DNA from: Bacillota bacterium
GTDB taxonomy: Bacteria; Patescibacteriota; Minisyncoccia; Phycocordibacterales; Phycocordibacteraceae
Assembly: GCA_050260455.1 (NCBI GenBank)
Contig: JBLNCF010000012.1
Span: 58,236 to 122,235, forward strand
Length of the DNA: 64,000 nucleotides
Direction: 5' to 3'
The notes below the pieces were generated by a model, which saw only the letters and a list, made by a program, of their open reading frames with translations, did no database searches and was not told where the DNA came from. This document shows, in pieces, positions 55,727 to 64,000 of this stretch. The first letter of the stretch is position 1. Every line of letters begins with the position of its first letter. The position numbers were made by a program, and so were the translations under genes.

Positions 55727-57454
55727 TTAGGGAAGACTCCTCGGTGCGAAGAACGGCCAGACCCACTCGGTGCGCATGTGCCACGTGGACACCGTTGCAA
55801 AGCGATCCGACGGAGCGGTGATCTGCGGCAGTACGACACCCTGCATTGATTGCGGGAGTGCGTAGATGAATTCAGGCGCATGCGTGAACGCGGCCGGGTA
55901 GTCTGCGGCGATGAGATCGCTCGCTTTCTGTAGATCTGTTGTGCGTGCCGCAGGATCGCTCTCCTGGCGTGCTTTCTCAAGCAACTGATCCACACTCTTG
56001 TTGGTGTAGAGCGCAATGTTGAGACCTGGATCGTTCTTCTGCGAGGAATCCCAGAAAGCAAAGAGGTCCTGATCGTGTCCGATCACCATGCCGAAGTAGA
56101 GCGCGGCGTAGTTGCGGGGACGAATCACTGAAGTGGCGAGTGCGCTCGGATCGGAGAACTCAAGGGAGGTCTCAACCCCGAGTGCTTCCCAGTCAGTCTC
56201 GACCGAACTTGCGAGCGTTTTCAGCTCCGGAACGTTCGACGTCGTGATGACGATAGGGTCGAGGGTGAGCGAGAGTTTCGCGTTCTTCCAGGTGCCGGCT
56301 TCTTCGTCAAAGGTCCATCCCGCATCCGTAAGCACCTTTCGTGCGGCGGCGAGACGATCATCGTACTCGAGTACTGGCGATTTGATGCCGCTACCAGGCG
56401 GAACAGGACCCATAAGCGGCGTAGCGTATCCACCAAGGACATTGTTCACGATATGGTCGCGGTCAATCGCGATGGAAAGAGCTTTGCGGACGGCAAGCTG
56501 CGAGAGTGCCTTGTTCTGTGATTGATTGAAGAACACTCCAAACACACGCGAGTACGGAGCAGTGAGCGCGCCCTTCGCGGGAATGCCATACGCGCTGTCC
56601 ACCGTGCCGTGCTTGTAGGCGCTTGAGAGCTCGTCGGTCGTGTCGTAGAAGCGTAGGCGGATGGCATCTAGATACGGCCGACCGAGTGCGTACGAACGAT
56701 TCGCAACCAGATCGTAACCGGTGATGATGCCGTTGCGGTCCCGGATTACACGCGAGACCTTGAACGGTCCATCTCCTACTGGAACCACCATGCGTTTATC
56801 GAACGGGAACTGCTCATCGGGAACATTCTTCCAAAGACGCGAGGGCAGGATGCCGAGTGTGGTGTCCTCAAGGAACGCTGCATATGCTTTCGGAAGCGTG
56901 AACCGTACCGTTTGCGCGTCCAATGCCTCGACTCGGATATTTGCCCAGTTGGCGAGTTCCGGAGACTTAAGTGCAGGATCCTGCGCCTTGGTAACCGTGA
57001 ATACCACGTCATCTGCGGTGATAGGGGAACCGTCCGTAAACTTGAGCCCCTTACGCAACGTGAACGTATACGTCTTGCCATCGGGCGATATCTCGTAGCT
57101 CTCTGCAAGCACGGGACGAAGACCATCGGGACCTGTACCCATAAGGCCTGCATAGGTCAGGGTAGTGAGGTCGCGATCAGCATCCGTGAGTGCCAGAAGC
57201 GGATTCACGAAACGTGGCGTTCCGACGATGCCTTCCGTAATGGAACCGCCATACGTAGGTACCTCGACGAGCATGGTACGTTCGAGGGCAACCAGGCCCG
57301 AGAAACACGACAGGGCGAAAATGAGTGCGAGCGTGCCCGCAATCAGTTTGTCTCCGGCTGGCATTGCGCCAACCATGTTCGACACCCGGTCAAAAAGTCC
57401 GATGCGCCTATGGCGCGTCAGGGTGTCGAGCATGCCGGAGGACCGACCCGCCAT
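55727..57454 (-). CDS. ABC transporter substrate-binding protein, family 5 (peptide/nickel type), membrane-anchored, orphan
   Basis: SBP_bac_5-like length and motifs; N-terminal TM anchor; no adjacent permease genes. Confidence 0.75.
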   Translation of the reverse strand: MAGRSSGMLDTLTRHRRIGLFDRVSNMVGAMPAGDKLIAGTLALIFALSCFSGLVALERTMLVEVPTYGGSITEGIVGTPRFVNPLLALTDADRDLTTLTYAGLMGTGPDGLRPVLAESYEISPDGKTYTFTLRKGLKFTDGSPITADDVVFTVTKAQDPALKSPELANWANIRVEALDAQTVRFTLPKAYAAFLEDTTLGILPSRLWKNVPDEQFPFDKRMVVPVGDGPFKVSRVIRDRNGIITGYDLVANRSYALGRPYLDAIRLRFYDTTDELSSAYKHGTVDSAYGIPAKGALTAPYSRVFGVFFNQSQNKALSQLAVRKALSIAIDRDHIVNNVLGGYATPLMGPVPPGSGIKSPVLEYDDRLAAARKVLTDAGWTFDEEAGTWKNAKLSLTLDPIVITTSNVPELKTLASSVETDWEALGVETSLEFSDPSALATSVIRPRNYAALYFGMVIGHDQDLFAFWDSSQKNDPGLNIALYTNKSVDQLLEKARQESDPAARTTDLQKASDLIAADYPAAFTHAPEFIYALPQSMQGVVLPQITAPSDRFATVSTWHMRTEWVWPFFAPRSLP

Positions 57455-57461
57455 GAACCTA

Positions 57462-57692
57462 TCAGATGAGGAACCCGAGGACCGCTGCTGCCACGAACAA
57501 GACCGCGATGACTATAGTTGCGTTGAAAAGAAATTTCTCCGCGCCGCGGCGCTTATAGAATGTCGATGCGAAATTATCGCCTCCAAAGGCTCCTCCGAGA
57601 TTGGCGCCTCGCTGCTGAAGCACGACGCCGAGGATAAGGAGAAGGGAGAGGGTGAGTTCCGCGTATGGCAGTATCGCCTTGAGTAGCTCCAT
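57462..57692 (-). CDS. secG: preprotein translocase subunit SecG
   Basis: Two TMs flanking GANLGGAFGG...KRRGAEK loop; start at MELLKAIL. Confidence 0.7.
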   Translation of the reverse strand: MELLKAILPYAELTLSLLLILGVVLQQRGANLGGAFGGDNFASTFYKRRGAEKFLFNATIVIAVLFVAAAVLGFLI

Positions 57693-57783
57693 CTGTGCCT
57701 GAAAGCCTACCATAGGGGCATACGAGAGACAAGAACAACAAATCCCCGGTTACCCGGGGATTGTCCTGGAGAGAGGAAAGTTC

Positions 57784-58176
57784 TTATCGCTCGGGCATTT
57801 CTATGGTTACCGCATGCTTGCCCAGATCGAGCGTGACGGGTTCGGGAGTATCGATGCTGATCTCCTGAGCCTTTGTGGGCGCCTCGATGGTTACGGGTGG
57901 GGGAGCGTCAGTCGATTTCTTTCCAGCTGTAGGATGCTCACCGTGGATCGTATCGGTAGCTTCTGCTGGGTTGCTGTGCGCTTTTTGTGGAATACCATCG
58001 GCATCAAATGCTCCTGCTGCGCCGAGTGCTGCCACACCGGCGGCAGCACCAATTCCTACGCCCATAGCGATTCGATCCTTAGTCTTCCTTTCGCGTTCCT
58101 CCCGCTCCATCCTTTCTTCGATGGTTTCCTCGGGAGCCTTGTTCTGCTTTGGTTTAAAGAATTTATCGAGACCCAT
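57784..58176 (-). CDS. hypothetical protein with Gly/Ala zipper
   Basis: 130-aa ORF. Confidence 0.35.
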   Translation of the reverse strand: MGLDKFFKPKQNKAPEETIEERMEREERERKTKDRIAMGVGIGAAAGVAALGAAGAFDADGIPQKAHSNPAEATDTIHGEHPTAGKKSTDAPPPVTIEAPTKAQEISIDTPEPVTLDLGKHAVTIEMPER

Positions 58177-58324
58177 ATATAGTGACTAGTGGTATGTCTT
58201 AATCGTAGCCGGTAGAAACACGCTCGTGCCGGCTGTGTGGGGATAAAAGAAGACCCCCGGGAACGCTTGTGGCGAACCCGGGGGCACAGTGCGGCGTCCT
58301 TATTCTGCGTGGGTCACAGAGGGG

Positions 58325-58750
58325 CTAGGACGCCGTGAGCAGTCGCGGTATGCGGACGTTGCCGAAGACCAGCATTGCGCCGGTGACCGCCATGAAGCCG
58401 ATCGTGATGGCCGCGTAGAGCTGGATGAAGCCCGACACGTCACCGGCCGAAGCTGCGAGCATCAGAGCGCCGAACAGGAGTCCTGCGAAGGCAGCGATGA
58501 ACAGCAGCGAGTCCAGGGCGTCGTAGAGGATCTCCTTGCGGGCGAAGTAGGCGATGACGCCGTTTGCGAGCCCTGCGAACAGGGTAACGACTCCGAGGGT
58601 AGCGGCGTGTTGGCCGATGTCACCGGAATCCGTGAGCGCGTTCCAGCGGAAGATGCAGCCGATGGCTGCCGCCAGGAACGCCGCACCGAGCAGGAGCCCG
58701 ATCACGACGATGAACGCGCGACGACGCGAAGAAAGCGAAGAAAAGGGCAT
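58325..58750 (-). CDS. hypothetical 4-TM membrane protein
   Basis: Downstream hairpin CCCCCGGG...CCCGGGGG plus U-tract on the minus strand. Confidence 0.4.
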   Translation of the reverse strand: MPFSSLSSRRRAFIVVIGLLLGAAFLAAAIGCIFRWNALTDSGDIGQHAATLGVVTLFAGLANGVIAYFARKEILYDALDSLLFIAAFAGLLFGALMLAASAGDVSGFIQLYAAITIGFMAVTGAMLVFGNVRIPRLLTAS

Positions 58751-58853
58751 GGTTTATCTCCCAGTTGCCAATACAAGATTAACCGAAGCGAACTACAGTA
58801 TTGCACATAGGCTACATATTGTCAAGTACTTTAAGAACAGCTTGCTGCCCGGA

Positions 58854-58882
58854 TTGACGCTGAAAATCGGCATTCATATACT
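58854..58882 (+). promoter_or_regulatory. sigma70-type promoter TTGACG-N17-TATACT for groES-groEL
   Basis: Near-consensus -35 and -10; about 80-nt leader; no CIRCE (TTAGCACTC-N9-GAGTGCTAA) seen. Confidence 0.55.
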
Positions 58883-58968
58883 GGGGATAACCGGCGCGGC
58901 CCCGCTGCGCCGAATTCGGGTCAGTTTTATTAAGGTGTATTAACCGCATCGAGCGAATTTATTTCCCT

Positions 58969-60914
<1,946 letters not shown>

Positions 60915-60933
60915 CCGACAGGTAAACGAACGG

Positions 60934-60957
60934 GCCCCGCTTGTGGCGGGGCTTTTT
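60934..60957. terminator. Rho-independent terminator after groEL
   Basis: GCCCCGC-ttgtg-GCGGGGC then TTTTT. Confidence 0.7.
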
Positions 60958-60959
60958 CG

Positions 60960-61088
60960 TTAGTTCATCTCCTTGTCGTAGGTTCCGGAGAACCAAAGGC
61001 CAACAAAACCGGCCGCAGCGACCACGATAACCACAGTAAAGGCAACGCAGGCTGCAGCAATTGGGTGTGCTTGTATCCAGGCTTCCAT
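60960..61088 (-). CDS. small single-TM protein, 42 aa (tandem family member 1)
   Basis: MEAWIQAHPIAAACVAFTVVIVVAAAGFVGLWFSGTYDKEMN; GGAGGG RBS; start context ACACCACATGG shared with member 4. Confidence 0.5.
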   Translation of the reverse strand: MEAWIQAHPIAAACVAFTVVIVVAAAGFVGLWFSGTYDKEMN

Positions 61089-61103
61089 GTGGTGTTCCCT
61101 CCA

Positions 61104-61256
61104 TCAGAAATCGCCTTGGGCCATTTCCTCCTCTTCTTGGTAGAGTGCAGCTTCGCGTTTGAGTGCGGCGCCGAGCAGAGTAGCGCACGCAGCAACAAGA
61201 GCAATCGTTGGTCCGGCCCATTGATGGACCGAGATCCATATAAAGAGTCTTTCCAT
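61104..61256 (-). CDS. small single-TM protein, 50 aa (tandem family member 2)
   Basis: MERLFIWISVHQWAGPTIALVAACATLLGAALKREAALYQEEEEMAQGDF; GGAGGTG RBS 4 nt upstream. Confidence 0.45.
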   Translation of the reverse strand: MERLFIWISVHQWAGPTIALVAACATLLGAALKREAALYQEEEEMAQGDF

Positions 61257-61345
61257 AACTCACCTCCTGTGGGGAACCATAGCGCAGGGGAGATGCACTC
61301 GCAATGTCGGAAAGCCGTAGTCGAGGACTACGGCTTTCTCTCTGG

Positions 61346-61468
61346 CTAGGGTGCGTCCGTCGTGGAGTAGAAGGACCGCCACAGTTCAAACGGAAGGGTG
61401 TAGCACGAGAGCCAGAAGCTGGTCACCATCTTGGGAGAAGGTGGCGGCAACAGGAGCCAAGTGAACAT
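61346..61468 (-). CDS. small hydrophobic protein, 40 aa (tandem family member 3, divergent)
   Basis: MFTWLLLPPPSPKMVTSFWLSCYTLPFELWRSFYSTTDAP; AGGAGGT RBS; hairpin plus UUUCC after the stop. Confidence 0.35.
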   Translation of the reverse strand: MFTWLLLPPPSPKMVTSFWLSCYTLPFELWRSFYSTTDAP

Positions 61469-61573
61469 GGAGCACCTCCTGCATCTAGTATGACGCGCTG
61501 AAGCAGGTGAATTGAGAGGTGAGGGGATAAGGCAAGGGCTCTGCGGCATTATGTCCGCAGAGCCCGTGCGCCG

Positions 61574-61714
61574 TCACGCGCGTCGCTTGGCTTCCTCGTC
61601 ATCATCCGAACCTTGGAATGATCCCCACAGGGTGGAGATGGCCGGCAGCAGGATAATCACGATGCCAAGAGCGAGCACGATCTGAACGCGATGAGTAGCG
61701 ATCCAGGTGCCCAT
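61574..61714 (-). CDS. small single-TM protein, 46 aa (tandem family member 4)
   Basis: MGTWIATHRVQIVLALGIVIILLPAISTLWGSFQGSDDDEEAKRRA; AGGGAGG RBS; strong hairpin GGGCTCTGCGG...CCGCAGAGCCC after the stop. Confidence 0.5.
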   Translation of the reverse strand: MGTWIATHRVQIVLALGIVIILLPAISTLWGSFQGSDDDEEAKRRA

Positions 61715-61787
61715 GTGGTGTCCTCCCTGGGGCTGACCATACTCCCCGGTCCCGCTTCACGCAATCTTTGGAGGTATTCAGCGACTC

Positions 61788-61817
61788 TGTATAATGACAA
61801 GCGATTCTTATAATCGC
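61788..61817 (+). promoter_or_regulatory. extended -10 TGTATAAT followed by perfect palindrome GCGATTCTTATAATCGC, 9 nt before the lemA ATG
   Basis: Palindrome sits between the -10 and the start codon, an operator-like position. Confidence 0.4.
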
Positions 61818-61825
61818 TCACTTGT

Positions 61826-62386
61826 ATGACTATCCTCTATATCATCATTGCCGCCGTCATCGTGGTGCTTGTCTGGGTGGTGGCCGCGTTCAATGGCTTC
61901 GTATCTAAGGTAAACCGCACGAAGGAAGCGTGGGCAGATATTGATGTGCAGCTGAAGCGCCGCTACGATCTCATCCCTAACCTTGTCGAAACGGTAAAGG
62001 GCTATGCTGCACACGAATCGCAGGCGTTTGAGAACGTTACGAAGGCACGTGCTGCAGCCATGGGTGCTACGGGTGCCGCACAGAAGGCCGAGGCGGAGAA
62101 TGCGCTCACGGGCACGCTCAAGTCACTCTTTGCGGTCGCAGAGGCATACCCCCAGCTGAAGGCGAACGAGAATTTCCTTCAGCTTCAGAAGGAGCTCGGT
62201 GATACCGAGGATAAAATCCAGGCAGCACGCCGCTTCTACAACAGCAACGTGCAGGATCTTAATACGTCCATCCAGTCGTTCCCTGGCAACCTCATTGCCA
62301 ACATGTTCGGGTTTAAAGCGATGGATCTATTCCAGCTCGGGGTAGGTGAAGAGGCTGCACGCGAGCCAGTAAAAGTGTCATTCTAA
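61826..62386 (+). CDS. lemA: LemA family protein
   Basis: N-terminal TM plus NGFVSKVNRTKEAWADIDVQLKRRYDLIPNLV. Confidence 0.85.
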   Translation: MTILYIIIAAVIVVLVWVVAAFNGFVSKVNRTKEAWADIDVQLKRRYDLIPNLVETVKGYAAHESQAFENVTKARAAAMGATGAAQKAEAENALTGTLKSLFAVAEAYPQLKANENFLQLQKELGDTEDKIQAARRFYNSNVQDLNTSIQSFPGNLIANMFGFKAMDLFQLGVGEEAAREPVKVSF

Positions 62387-62431
62387 GGAGTCTTCAGCGT
62401 CTCCTTAGAAAGGAACGCTTACTCTTGTTTC

Positions 62432-63328
62432 ATGGCTACTCTCTACCAGGAACGCTCAAGTAATGTCTGGCGCACCGCTATCTTGATGGCGGTGTTCCTC
62501 GCGTTTGTTATCGGCATCGGGTATGCCGTTGCCTGGTACTACAACTCACCGACCATTCTCTATGCCGCGATCATCTTTGCGGTGGGCATGAACTTCTATA
62601 GCTATTGGTTCAGCGACAAGCAGGTGCTCTCGATGACGACCGCACGGCCTGCGTCGCGTGAAGAGTTCTTCGACTTCTACACGGTTGCAGAGAACATGGC
62701 GATAACATCTGGCATCCCGATGCCCAAGCTATATGTCATTGAGGATCCCGCACCGAATGCGTTTGCGACCGGCCGAGATGAAAAGCATGCGGTGGTGTGC
62801 GCTACCACCGGACTCCTTGCCATGATGACGCGCCCAGAACTTGAGGGTGTGATCGCACATGAGATGTCGCACATCAAGAACCGCGACATCCTCGTGATGA
62901 CGGTCGCAGTGGTACTCGCGGGCTTCCTTGCTATCGTCGCCGACATCTTCCTGCGCATGTCGTTCTGGGGCGGTCGCGATCGCGATCGAGAGGGTGGAGG
63001 ACTTCTTATGGTCCTCGCCATCGTCGGCATCATTCTCGCGCCTATCGCTGCGCAGCTCATCCAGCTCGCCATCTCTCGCCGCCGCGAATACCTTGCAGAC
63101 GCCTCCGGCGCGCTCCTCACACGCTATCCGGAGGGTCTCGCTTCAGCGCTCGCCAAGATTGGCAACTACCCGGCTCCCATGGAGCATGCAAGTCATGCGA
63201 CCGCACATCTTTTCATCGGAGATCCGTTTAAGGCAGAGGAGAAATCGAATTGGATCAATAATCTTTTTTCGACCCATCCTCCTATCAAGGATCGCATCCA
63301 GCAGCTCCTCCATCCGGACGGCAAATAA
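62432..63328 (+). CDS. htpX: HtpX-like M48 zinc metalloprotease
   Basis: HEMSHIKNRD zinc motif, 4 TMs; the usual lemA-htpX pair. Confidence 0.85.
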   Translation: MATLYQERSSNVWRTAILMAVFLAFVIGIGYAVAWYYNSPTILYAAIIFAVGMNFYSYWFSDKQVLSMTTARPASREEFFDFYTVAENMAITSGIPMPKLYVIEDPAPNAFATGRDEKHAVVCATTGLLAMMTRPELEGVIAHEMSHIKNRDILVMTVAVVLAGFLAIVADIFLRMSFWGGRDRDREGGGLLMVLAIVGIILAPIAAQLIQLAISRRREYLADASGALLTRYPEGLASALAKIGNYPAPMEHASHATAHLFIGDPFKAEEKSNWINNLFSTHPPIKDRIQQLLHPDGK

Positions 63329-63357
63329 CGGAAGAGTGTGCTATAACAGCTCCTAAC

Positions 63358-63447
63358 GGAGGCGTCGCATAGTGGTCTAGTGCGCCCGCTTGGAAAGCGG
63401 GTAAGGGGTAAAACCCTTCGAGAGTTCGAATCTCTCCGCCTCCGCCA
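63358..63447 (+). tRNA. tRNA-Ser (anticodon GGA) with encoded CCA
   Basis: Acceptor GGAGGCG/CGCCTCC, anticodon stem CCCGC/GCGGG with loop TTGGAAA, long variable arm, T-arm GAGAG-TTCGAAT-CTCTC, then G-CCA. Confidence 0.7.
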
Positions 63448-63498
63448 CATTCGGGGATAGTTGATTGCACTCATAACAGCCCGTGTCATAGTTTGGGC

Positions 63499-64000
63499 AT
63501 GAAAACCTATAAATACCTGGGCATCATCACGGTGCTCTACGTCGCGTTCCAGCTCGTTTCCGACGTCACTGCCGGAAAGATCGTGCAACTCGGTATTTTC
63601 ACCGTATCGGTGACAGCGTTGTATTTCCCGTTCACGTATATCTTCGCTGACGTGCTGACGGAGGTATATGGGTATGCGAAAGCGCGAAGCGTGGTGTGGC
63701 AGGTCCTGTTCGCTTCAGTGCTCGCCGGTCTCATCTACCAACTCGTGATATGGCTTCCACCTGCCAGTGGTTTCGATGCGAACGATGCCTATGTTCGCGT
63801 ACTAGGTTCGGTACCCCGCATCCTTCTCGGCGGGTGGGTCGCGGTGTGGGTCGGCGGCATCCTGAACGACTACATCATGGCTAAGATGAAGGTTCTGACA
63901 AAGGGCAAATATCTTTGGACCCGCACCATCGGTTCCACTATTGTAGGAGAGTTCGCAAACACCGCGCTCTTCTACTCCATCGCTTTGTATGCTGTTCTGC
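63499..64000 (+). CDS. yhhQ: queuosine precursor transporter (YhhQ/DUF165 family), 3' end outside window
   Basis: MKTYKYLGIITVLYVAFQLVSDVTAGKIVQLGIFTVSVTALYFPFTYIFADVLTEVYGY. Confidence 0.75.
   Translation, partial: MKTYKYLGIITVLYVAFQLVSDVTAGKIVQLGIFTVSVTALYFPFTYIFADVLTEVYGYAKARSVVWQVLFASVLAGLIYQLVIWLPPASGFDANDAYVRVLGSVPRILLGGWVAVWVGGILNDYIMAKMKVLTKGKYLWTRTIGSTIVGEFANTALFYSIALYAVL

Noticed and set aside
58801-58968. CIRCE/HrcA operator upstream of groES
   Set aside because: No match to TTAGCACTC-N9-GAGTGCTAA or close variants in the promoter or leader.
63448-63498. Possible preQ1 riboswitch upstream of yhhQ
   Set aside because: YhhQ genes are often preQ1-regulated, but the 51-nt leader shows neither the preQ1-I hairpin with A-rich tail nor preQ1-II features that I can recognise; needs an Rfam scan.

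Overview
Dense 64-kb chromosomal segment with genes on both strands. GC content is high overall and dips locally after the tRNA-Gln. I found no rRNA, CRISPR array, transposase or integrase. Gene content looks Gram-positive-like or possibly Patescibacteria-like: RNase J, a DEAD-box helicase, a Cheo-type LexA box (GAAC-N4-GTTC), an lmo0937-family peptide, a GerMN/Gmad2 protein, a YflT-like stress protein, a type IV prepilin, and an RND pump with adaptor but no outer-membrane factor. The lineage cannot be fixed from sequence alone. A GcrA homolog that I recall as unusually close to the alphaproteobacterial protein is an oddity in this context. Gene order: prfB (partial), ftsE, ftsX, pyrG; two secreted or membrane hypotheticals; tRNA-Gln followed by a lower-GC stretch (GNAT and orphan ORFs); Gmad2/GerMN protein; VIT iron transporter, ECF sigma, putative anti-sigma, FMN-binding protein, ApbE flavin transferase, RnfD-like/FNR fusion reductase; prepilin; MFS transporter; GIY-YIG protein; SOS operon lexA-dinB-nei carrying a Cheo box; DedA; RND pump plus adaptor; peptidoglycan-binding protein with a Tyr/Cys-rich tail; YflT-like protein; PIF1/RecD-like helicase; mltG; methyltransferase; typA; dapD; lmo0937-family micro-ORF; DEAD-box helicase; DsbA-like protein; dienelactone hydrolase; membrane hypotheticals; MliC; PNPOx-like protein; ABC permease and ATPase; zincin-like protein; DUF4383 protein; a redox and repair cluster (msrA, hemerythrin, gcrA, msrB, VKOR, beta-helix membrane protein, bcp, nth) bracketed by two paralogous polytopic membrane proteins; HAD hydrolase; PspC-domain protein; mutY-like glycosylase; alkB; MFS transporter; RNase J; solute-binding protein; secG; groES-groEL; four tandem small single-TM ORFs missing from the ORF track; lemA-htpX; tRNA-Ser; yhhQ (partial). 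Hand-derived coordinates may be off by 1-2 nt.
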